Below, piece by piece: positions 56,607 to 64,000 of a stretch of 64,000 nt of DNA. The DNA lies in contig OY760175.1 of assembly GCA_963663165.1 (NCBI GenBank), positions 5,888,001-5,952,000 on the forward strand. Reading direction: 5' to 3'. Position numbers and translations under genes: made by a program. The DNA comes from an uncultured Desulfospira sp. GTDB lineage: Bacteria > Desulfobacterota > Desulfobacteria > Desulfobacterales > Desulfobacteraceae. Each line of letters starts with the position of its first letter. Position 1 is the stretch's first letter. The notes beneath the pieces are model-generated. The model saw nothing but the letters and a program-made list of their open reading frames with translations. It ran no database searches and was not told the DNA's origin.

Positions 56607-58076
56607 TCAAGCAGGCTTTTGCCCATTAATCCGGGCGAGGAGTTCTGCTGCCGGTTCGTCTGATGGGTCTTGTGGGACGAGTTCGCCTGAAAATGCTTTT
56701 GAAAGTATCGATTGATTGAGTTCAAATATTTTTTTTGAAGAATCCTTAAGAATGTTATAAAAAATTTGAGTAGAATTAATTTTTCTTTTAAGACATGTCA
56801 CTATCTTTTTTTGCTCTTCAATTGGTGGAATTGGAACGGGTACTATTTTTAAATCTTTTAAATGAATATGTTTTAATCCTGATCCAGTTGCCTTCATGCT
56901 CATTTGACATTGTGGAGTTTGTAATATGTAGGACAGATATTCACTTATATCTGAATTTGTAGGTTTGATAAGAGCAACAGACACAAAAATAGAAAAAATT
57001 CTATTCGTATCAATTAGGCGGATCACACCTAAAGTTCCATCCTTTGATACAAGGATATCCCCTCTCTCGGGATGAGCTCTTTTTATGTATTCCTTGTGGT
57101 CACTTTCTGAAATGTAATTCAAGTTATCAAAGGATATCCCTGGTCCAGCAGTAAGATTTTTAATAGTTACAAAAGGAATACCAGTCTCAACATAGTTTGG
57201 TTTTTTATGAACCCCGTCAGTAACTTTTGTTGAAAGCATATTGATATTTGTCCAACTCCAGCCGTCAGGCAACTCCGGCAACTCATTAATATTAACAGAC
57301 TCAGGCTCTTTATATTTTGATTTCCAATTATCGTTTTTGGGTTCCTTACCCTTGGCCTTCATTTTGGCCAGTTCATTTTCCTCCCATTTTTCCCGGCGCT
57401 CTGCCCGGATACGGTCAAGCAGGACAGAAGCAGGTTCAACATCAGGATTCTTTTTCCGCCATTCTGCGGTCAGATCTCCCCGGAAAGCACTTGCCAGTAT
57501 GGATTGCCTGAGTTTGTCCAGAAGGGGTTTGGCTGCATCAAGGGCTTGTTTTGCTTTTTTGCTTTTGGCTTGGAGGACTTCTATTTTGTCAGCTATGCGT
57601 TTTTGTTCATTCAACGGAGCCACTGTGACTTTAAGCTCTTTTACAATCTGAGGTCTTGCACGCGTTAAAGAACCGCCAACACCTGAGACATTAGCGCAAA
57701 TTTCTTTGCGAACAGAGGGCTCCATTAAACGGTATTTTAAAAAATCAGAATTTACGCTTTTAGATCGGAAAACAATCCATTCTGTGCTTGCAATCTGTGT
57801 ATGATCATTTTTCCCCCCAACTTTCCAAACTCTGTTAATTCGTGGATTTATTTTGCAAAGCAGTACATCCTCAGGCTCAACCCTGATTTTATTTGATCCA
57901 ATATCTTTGCCTAACTGGTATTCTGGCTTTTCTGTTGGATATGAAGGTACGCTCCATAGTTCAAATAATTCATTAGGGTTATCAGATGGTGCTATGCTTT
58001 GAGCTTTGGTCAATCCCAACTCCTTGAGCTTTATCTCAATCCACCCTTTGGGTACATCTATAATTGAGTCCCTCAT
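56607..58076 (-). CDS. hsdS: Type I R-M specificity subunit
   Basis: Two TRDs; PLNEQKRI and PPIEEQKKI; ILxxAFxG.L conserved helices. Confidence 0.93.
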   Translation of the reverse strand: MRDSIIDVPKGWIEIKLKELGLTKAQSIAPSDNPNELFELWSVPSYPTEKPEYQLGKDIGSNKIRVEPEDVLLCKINPRINRVWKVGGKNDHTQIASTEWIVFRSKSVNSDFLKYRLMEPSVRKEICANVSGVGGSLTRARPQIVKELKVTVAPLNEQKRIADKIEVLQAKSKKAKQALDAAKPLLDKLRQSILASAFRGDLTAEWRKKNPDVEPASVLLDRIRAERREKWEENELAKMKAKGKEPKNDNWKSKYKEPESVNINELPELPDGWSWTNINMLSTKVTDGVHKKPNYVETGIPFVTIKNLTAGPGISFDNLNYISESDHKEYIKRAHPERGDILVSKDGTLGVIRLIDTNRIFSIFVSVALIKPTNSDISEYLSYILQTPQCQMSMKATGSGLKHIHLKDLKIVPVPIPPIEEQKKIVTCLKRKINSTQIFYNILKDSSKKIFELNQSILSKAFSGELVPQDPSDEPAAELLARINGQKPA

Positions 58077-58077
58077 C

Positions 58078-59505
58078 TTATTGATCCTCACCATTTTCAA
58101 GAATCAATGTCAATTTTTCCATTTCTTCCATTGCTACTTTGAGATGTTCCATAATCTCAGCAGCAATAATTTCAGGTTCCGGTAACTTCTCCCCATTCCC
58201 GGTACTATCATCCTGCAGCCAGGAAATATCCAGATTATCACCACGGGATTTGATGGTGTCTCTGTCAAATACCCGGAACCGTCCTTTTCCCCCCTGGTCG
58301 GTTCTTGGGCTCAACCCCATAGGATCATCACCAAAGGCCGCTTCAAACGCTTTGAAATGTTCCCGGGTCAAAGGCGTCCGCTTGCCAAAGGGCGGCATAT
58401 TGGTCCGCAAGTCATAGACCCAGACCTCTTTGGTGTTGTCCTTTTCCGTGGTTCCCCTGGAAAAGAACAGGACATTGGTTTTAACCCCCTGGGCATAAAA
58501 GATCCCCGTGGGAAGGCGCAGGATCGTGTGCAGGTTGCATTTGTGCATCAGGTCGGCCCGGACTTTCTGTCCCACATTATCCTCAAACAATACGTTGTCC
58601 GGCAGAACCACGGCGGCTCTGCCCCCTGGCTTCAATCCCCTGTAGATATGCTGTAAAAATGCCAGCTGTTTATTGCTGGTGGGATAGGTGAACTCCCGGG
58701 TTGGTGCACCGCCGCCTTTTTTGGTGCCAAAGGGGGGATTGGTCATGATGATATCTGCTTTGGGCAGGGCGGCTCCGGCTGATCCAAGGGTGTTGCCCAA
58801 CTGCAAAGGCCCTGCAATATCATGGAGCATCATGTTCATCAACGCCAGGCGGTGGGCATCCTGGACCAGCTCCATGCCGCACAGGGCCTGGTTGCGCTGA
58901 AAATTCTGGGCATCTTCGGACAGGTCATACAGATCATCGGTTCGCTCTTTGATATACCGGTCTGCCATGAGCAGGAAGCCCCCGGTTCCGGCGGCAGGGT
59001 CCTGGATCACTTCACCGGGTCGGGGTTTAACCAGCTCCACAATGGACTCAATCAACGGCCTGGGGGTAAAGTATTGCCCGGCACCGCTTTTTTTCTCATT
59101 GGCGTTTTTTTCAAGAAGACCTTCATACATATCCCCAAGGCCTTCCTGGCGGGCGCTGTACCAGTCCAGATCATCAATATTCTGGATCAGTTTATTCAGG
59201 TTTCTGGGATGCCTTAACGTGGTTGTGGCGTTGGCGTATATCGCCTGAACCCGGCCGCTGCTTTTACTTCCCAGTTCCACCAGCATAATGCGGTAAAAGT
59301 CCAACTGGTCCACGCCGTCTTTAACTTTCAGGTCGTCCCAGCGATATGCTTCCGGCAGTTGATTTTCGGTGCCGGTCTCTTTTGCCATTTTCAAAAAAAG
59401 AATATATGTCAGTTCGGTGACATATTGATGGTAGGTGATACCGTCATCTCTGAGGATGTCACAAAACCCCCAAAGCTTTTTTACAATATCCTGTGTTGTT
59501 GCCAT
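58078..59505 (-). CDS. hsdM: Type I R-M N6-adenine methyltransferase
   Basis: GQYFTPR, DPAAGTGGF, NPPFG, VLPDNVLF. Confidence 0.96.
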   Translation of the reverse strand: MATTQDIVKKLWGFCDILRDDGITYHQYVTELTYILFLKMAKETGTENQLPEAYRWDDLKVKDGVDQLDFYRIMLVELGSKSSGRVQAIYANATTTLRHPRNLNKLIQNIDDLDWYSARQEGLGDMYEGLLEKNANEKKSGAGQYFTPRPLIESIVELVKPRPGEVIQDPAAGTGGFLLMADRYIKERTDDLYDLSEDAQNFQRNQALCGMELVQDAHRLALMNMMLHDIAGPLQLGNTLGSAGAALPKADIIMTNPPFGTKKGGGAPTREFTYPTSNKQLAFLQHIYRGLKPGGRAAVVLPDNVLFEDNVGQKVRADLMHKCNLHTILRLPTGIFYAQGVKTNVLFFSRGTTEKDNTKEVWVYDLRTNMPPFGKRTPLTREHFKAFEAAFGDDPMGLSPRTDQGGKGRFRVFDRDTIKSRGDNLDISWLQDDSTGNGEKLPEPEIIAAEIMEHLKVAMEEMEKLTLILENGEDQ

Positions 59506-59514
59506 GATTTTCCT

Positions 59515-62500
59515 TTATCCCATGGCCGTATCTTTCCAGAGTTCATCACTGATCCGGCCCAATATTTCATTCATTTGGCCGTTAAATATCTTATTCAAGC
59601 GATTAAATCCACCCTGATCTTTGAACCTGCCGCTGTCCAGGGATGCGCGGTCCACAATGGTCTCCTGTTCCAGTTGCTTGCCGATTCTTTCCAGCCACTT
59701 TCTTTGGGGATCGGTCCAGGGTTGGCTTGCAAGAATGGCATCCATGGCATATTTTACCCTGTCTTGGTAAGGGATCAGCGGAGATCCCAATACAGACTGC
59801 CGGATAAACCCAATGATGGATGCTGCAATTTCAACATTATTGGCATCTTTCCAGGCGGTTTTCAGGGTCATTTCATTGTATCCTTCGCGGTCCAGGATCA
59901 ATCGAAGCTCCTTGAGCTGTTCCCGGGTTAAATCCCTGGGTTTTGTCGTGACCACCATAATGGCGGGGATTTTATTTTTGTTTTCAGTCAGGTATTTTCC
60001 AAAGGATTCAAGATAGTCTTCGGGCTTTTTATGCACAGCATACCCGTGGGAGACGTTGATCACTTCATCCCCATGGCCGGATATCAGCAACACCTTTTCT
60101 TTGTCGGCCTTCAGGCTATCAAGAAACTTGGGAAGATCCGGTCTTGCCGCAAAATATTCTTTAATTTTTTGCCCGGACATCTTCATCCATTGTCTGGCTG
60201 CGATTTCAGGGGTATTGCCCGTCAGCGATTTGAACTGATCCAATGCGCTATCTGTGATCAGACGCTTTTTATACTGCATTTTGGCAACGATCTGGTCCCG
60301 TATTTCCATGCGAAGACCTTCATCGTCCACCTTTTCAAGCTCCTGGGCCAATTGTGCAAAGGTGATTTTAGGGTTCACCACCACAGGTTTCATGGTGGAA
60401 TAGGGTTCCAGGGCGGAGTAAAGGTCTACGGCATCAAATATACGAAAGAAATCCTTATTGGTCTCATCACATGGCCGGGTGGCCCTGCCGATCATCTGCT
60501 CATACAAAATTCTGCTTTTTACCCGCCGGATGAACACCAGATTGACGATTTCAGGCACATCAATGCCGGTGGTAAGCAAGTCTACTGTAACGGCAACACA
60601 GGGAAGCTTTTCCAGCTTATACCGCCGGATCTTTTCCAGGGGCTTATCTGCTGCTGCGGTGATTTTCACCACGGCATCATCATCCACAAAACCGTACTGG
60701 CCCTCAAAGGCCTCTTTGAGCAGCGTGACCACCATGTCGGCATGGCTGTCCGTGGCACAGAATATCAGTGTTTTTCCGGGCAATGCCGGATCAATATGCC
60801 TGGCAAGTTCCTCACAGACCACCTTGTTAAAGTTTTCCGTGATCACAAAGGTGTTGAACTTTTCCACCTCAATGGTGACTTCATCCGGTGTTTTATGGGT
60901 GGAAAGCTGTCCTGTATTGACATGATAGACCGCCATTTCTTCATTGACTTGCCAGGTGATACCGTTATCTGACAGCCTGGTTTTAATGCAGATGGGCGGT
61001 TCATGGTCCCGAAGATATCCTTCAATGACGGCCTGCCGGTAAGAGTAGGTAAAAACCGGGTCGTCAAAAATTTGTGTGGTGTGCAGTGCCGGTGTGGCGG
61101 TCAGACCGATTTTAACCGCATCAAAATGGTCCAGGACCTTTGTGTATTTTGATATATAGTCCCGTTCACTGCGAAAGGTCAGTTCCCCTTCGGTCATTTC
61201 CCGGTCCAGGGCATATCCTCTGTGACACTCATCCACAATAATGCAGTCATACTGATCTACGGCCAAGGGCCGGGTATCTTCTGCGGGATACAATAACCGG
61301 CGGATCATCCCCTGGATGGTGGCGATATGCAGGCGGGTATCTTTTTCCGGGGTAATATCCCCCAGCTCTTTGAGGTCGTATATATCTGAAAAGGATTGAA
61401 GGTTTTCCAGCTTCACATCTTTGAACGCTCCGGCAGCCTGTTCCCCTAAGGAGGTCCGATCCACGAGAAATAGAATCCGTCGGAACCGTTTGGCCTTCAG
61501 CAGTCTGTATGACAGGCCGATGCAGGTACGGGTTTTGCCGGTGCCGGTGGCCATGGCCAATAATATCTGCTGTTTTTCATCCGCTATGGCCTTTTCAGCG
61601 GCTTTAATGGCCTTAAGCTGATACTCCCTTAATCCCAGATAGTCGGTGGGCTCTTTGTCCAGCTTGTCATGGGCATCGGGTACATCAATATTAAGAAGCC
61701 CTTTAAGGCCTTCGGGGGTGTACCATGAATCCAGGGGCCTGGAATGATTGGTTGAAAGCCGTCCATCCAGAAACCATATCCCGCTTTTGGTCTTTAACTG
61801 TCTTAAAAAAGGCCTGCCGTTGGTGGCAAAAAGAAACGGCACTTTATAGTTGCCCCATGGGCCACCGGCCAGTTCCCATCCATTTCCTTTTTCAAAGCCT
61901 TCGCTGTAACGTTTTGCTTGCTCTATGGACCCGCAGACATCTTTATTTTTCCGTTTGGCTTCAACAATGCCAATGGCGGTGAGCCCCGCAAACAGAACAT
62001 AATCGGCCCGGCCTTTGCAGTTATCCACCGGCCATTCAGCAATGGCTATATTTTTTCCGTTTTGGGGACGAACGCCTTTTTTATAAGTCAGATTTTTAGT
62101 GTCCGCATCCCAACCGGCCTCTTGAAGCTGGGTATCAATGATTTTTCTGGTATCAGCCTCATTCAGGTCAATTTCTTCATCCGCTGTTGCCGCTTTCGCA
62201 AGGGCAAGGCTGACCGTCTCGGGTTTGGCTTTTGCCTGGGCCTTAAGCTGGTTTATATATTCCTGATGCTTTTGTTTTTCAGCTAGCAGCTGCTCTTCTG
62301 TCTCTTCCGCAAGATTTAAGGCGGCATTCAGGTCTTCATAAATTTTTTGAATTTCTATCTCCTGCTGATCCGCCAGTGCTGCCTTTTCCCGGGCTTTGGC
62401 CAATTGTTGCCTGAGCTGTTTAAGCTCTTTTTTCAGCTCTGCATCTGCCTGGGAAGGATCAGGCGGAGGAATAAAGGAACCTTTGGCAAGATTCGGATTT

Positions 62501-62889
62501 TTACCAAAGGATTTATGGAACCAGACCGCCAGTTCTCTTGCCATCCGCAAATGATGCAGGGCTTCGCCTTGATTTCCGGCAAGTTCATGAACGGCTTTGT
62601 TGCCGGTTTTTCGCAGGGCGTGAAAAAGCTGAGATGCTTTGGGAGGTACTGTATTCTCATATTCAAGTTTTCTTAATACCATGACAGCGGTATCTTCAGG
62701 ACAAATATCCAGACCCGTTCTTGCGGCTAACTCCTGTGCCAACAATTCCCCAAATTGACGAAGCTTGATTAAAGCCGTGTTGGGGTCATCAAAGACATAG
62801 CGTTCTGCTAACACTGCGCATTGAAAAAGAAGTGCATTGTATTCAGACAAAAAAAAGAAATTTGGAGACTTGATTACGGTCGTATCCAT
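59515..62889 (-). CDS. hsdR: Type I R-M restriction subunit (EcoKI-like)
   Basis: ADY..EAK nuclease motif, MATGTGKT, DECHRG, GLTATP, LTTGID, QMIGRATR. Confidence 0.96.
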   Translation of the reverse strand: MDTTVIKSPNFFFLSEYNALLFQCAVLAERYVFDDPNTALIKLRQFGELLAQELAARTGLDICPEDTAVMVLRKLEYENTVPPKASQLFHALRKTGNKAVHELAGNQGEALHHLRMARELAVWFHKSFGKNPNLAKGSFIPPPDPSQADAELKKELKQLRQQLAKAREKAALADQQEIEIQKIYEDLNAALNLAEETEEQLLAEKQKHQEYINQLKAQAKAKPETVSLALAKAATADEEIDLNEADTRKIIDTQLQEAGWDADTKNLTYKKGVRPQNGKNIAIAEWPVDNCKGRADYVLFAGLTAIGIVEAKRKNKDVCGSIEQAKRYSEGFEKGNGWELAGGPWGNYKVPFLFATNGRPFLRQLKTKSGIWFLDGRLSTNHSRPLDSWYTPEGLKGLLNIDVPDAHDKLDKEPTDYLGLREYQLKAIKAAEKAIADEKQQILLAMATGTGKTRTCIGLSYRLLKAKRFRRILFLVDRTSLGEQAAGAFKDVKLENLQSFSDIYDLKELGDITPEKDTRLHIATIQGMIRRLLYPAEDTRPLAVDQYDCIIVDECHRGYALDREMTEGELTFRSERDYISKYTKVLDHFDAVKIGLTATPALHTTQIFDDPVFTYSYRQAVIEGYLRDHEPPICIKTRLSDNGITWQVNEEMAVYHVNTGQLSTHKTPDEVTIEVEKFNTFVITENFNKVVCEELARHIDPALPGKTLIFCATDSHADMVVTLLKEAFEGQYGFVDDDAVVKITAAADKPLEKIRRYKLEKLPCVAVTVDLLTTGIDVPEIVNLVFIRRVKSRILYEQMIGRATRPCDETNKDFFRIFDAVDLYSALEPYSTMKPVVVNPKITFAQLAQELEKVDDEGLRMEIRDQIVAKMQYKKRLITDSALDQFKSLTGNTPEIAARQWMKMSGQKIKEYFAARPDLPKFLDSLKADKEKVLLISGHGDEVINVSHGYAVHKKPEDYLESFGKYLTENKNKIPAIMVVTTKPRDLTREQLKELRLILDREGYNEMTLKTAWKDANNVEIAASIIGFIRQSVLGSPLIPYQDRVKYAMDAILASQPWTDPQRKWLERIGKQLEQETIVDRASLDSGRFKDQGGFNRLNKIFNGQMNEILGRISDELWKDTAMG

Positions 62890-63307
62890 TTTTACTGAAC
62901 CTGAACAATGAGTGTTATTTTTGAATTATCTCATGTACCCATCTTCAATATCTGTTAATTGCCGCGAAATCAACAAAATATAGTAATATTATGGAAGTTT
63001 CTCGACTTCAATCCTATCCGTAAAAGCGAACATTATCGGCCCATATAATATTCTAGATATTGGATAGACCATTGCTTTTAATAAACCAAAGGAAATACAG
63101 ATGTGAAACAAAATCATCTACGTGTGGTAGGGTAATGCAAAAGCATTCTGTTTCTGATCGCTGAAACATAAAACATGAAAGTATTTTTTGAAAGAATGTT
63201 TAAACTTTTCACCGCAGACTATGTCAAAAACCGAATCCTTCCAATGATGCGTTCAAAGGTCAGGACTATTATTAAAAGTCTGAGGGAGGGGGTAAGAATC
63301 TGGCATT

Positions 63308-63357
63308 GGGCACAGAATCAGGTACGAAAATCAAACCGGGCACAGATTGGGCACAAA
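63308..63357. repeat. Three GGGCACA(G/A)A direct repeats, candidate integrase arm-type sites
   Basis: Copies at 63308, 63338 and 63349, 50-100 nt from the tRNA 3' end. Confidence 0.55.
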
Positions 63358-63361
63358 AATT

Positions 63362-63396
63362 AAAAAAGGCTTACGGTGATTTCCCGTAAGCCTTTT
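63362..63396 (-). terminator. Terminator downstream of the tRNA
   Basis: AAAAGGCTTACGG-loop-CCGTAAGCCTTTT with U-run on the minus strand. Confidence 0.8.
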
Positions 63397-63403
63397 GTTT
63401 TTC

Positions 63404-63479
63404 TGGTAGGCACGAGCGGACTTGAACCGCTGACTTCTACCGTGTCGAGGTAGCACTCTACCAACTGAGTTACGCGCCT
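63404..63479 (-). tRNA. tRNA-Val(GAC)
   Basis: 76 nt; anticodon arm CTACC-TCGACAC-GGTAG, T-loop GGTTCAAGTCC, ends ACCA. Confidence 0.96.
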
Positions 63480-63495
63480 TTATTGCTGAAAAGGT

Positions 63496-63524
63496 TTTTT
63501 ACCAAACCCTTAATTGGGTGTCAA
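63496..63524 (-). promoter_or_regulatory. Candidate sigma70 promoter of the tRNA
   Basis: TTGACA-N17-TAAAAA with a TG extension. Confidence 0.5.
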
Positions 63525-63662
63525 GAAAAACTCGCCATGGCGGGCAAATTCATTTTAAAAAGGTTTGGCATGAACTAAATTGGTTATGATTAATACCGCC
63601 ATTATGGTCCCGGGCTTCCCCTGTGCTGAACGGGGAAAGCCCCTGAGAAGGGTCACCGCCGT

Positions 63663-64000
63663 CTATTCATCAAGGGATTGTCCGGTTACGGAGGAAGTCT
63701 CCGGAGGTCCCGATGTTTCTTCAGGAAACGCGCCCGGGGTTTCCGGGACGATGGGAGCTTGTGCGATAAACCGGATGGACACCTTTTCCGGGGTTACGGA
63801 GAGGATTTCAAGACCGAAATCATCAAAGGTTTTCAGCATCAGGGTGTCGGCAAACTGGGTGGTGGAGCCTTTATAAATGATCCCCATGACTGCACTGGAT
63901 GAACCGATTTCTTTGGGCACCATGTTTTCAATATCGGACATGTCCTTGAACCGCCTTTTCAAGGCGATAAACCGGTTTAAAAAATCTTCTCCTTCCAGGG
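63663..64000 (-). CDS. 3' end of a hypothetical protein starting beyond the window
   Basis: Frame stays open to the window edge; no family recognised. Confidence 0.6.
   Translation of the reverse strand, partial: LEGEDFLNRFIALKRRFKDMSDIENMVPKEIGSSSAVMGIIYKGSTTQFADTLMLKTFDDFGLEILSVTPEKVSIRFIAQAPIVPETPGAFPEETSGPPETSSVTGQSLDE

Larger units (their letters stand above)
46837..63400. mobile_element. Degraded accessory/defence island at the tRNA-Val 3' end
   Basis: R-M, IetAS-type pair, TA modules, pseudogenes and AT-rich genes next to the tRNA; left boundary approximate, no integrase or att duplication found. Confidence 0.6.

Noticed and set aside
60031..60972. 313-aa plus-strand ORF (also 6815..7663, 13035..13655, 25134..25787)
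   Set aside because: Antisense shadows of well-supported genes with no recognisable motifs.
63175..63363. 62-aa ORF as an integrase or excisionase
   Set aside because: No catalytic or HTH motif recognised; it runs through the repeat sites.

Overview
Chromosomal window that looks like a sulfate-reducing deltaproteobacterium (Desulfobacteraceae-like; inferred from gene content and style, not verified). Left part (0.2-25 kb): a surface-protein sorting neighbourhood. It has two paralogous beta-repeat proteins and an SGNH hydrolase, all ending in a VP(V/L)P-TM-basic (PEP-CTERM-type) signal, plus an exosortase with an extra membrane domain and a LuxR solo with a lux-box-like site. Mixed in are a hybrid kinase, a TRAP transporter, a sigma28-preceded helical-repeat protein and a cytochrome c/heme-MCP pair. 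Middle (25-46.7 kb): mostly housekeeping (Lon-like, cfa, recN, purN, polA, NAD kinase) plus a sigma54 DUF2202/two-component operon. Right part (46.8-63.4 kb): a decaying accessory/defence island at the 3' end of tRNA-Val(GAC). It holds a broken autotransporter, a PIN fragment, intact FitAB, ParD with a nonsense-mutated ParE, two unknown AT-rich genes, an IetAS-type ATPase/S8 protease pair and a type I R-M system; no integrase is visible. Non-coding highlights: a ~100-118 nt multi-hairpin element present twice (before the exosortase and before parD), a 126-bp palindromic MITE-like element, a phased 22-bp triple repeat and several heptamer-repeat hairpins. All calls come from reading the sequence by eye; no searches were run.
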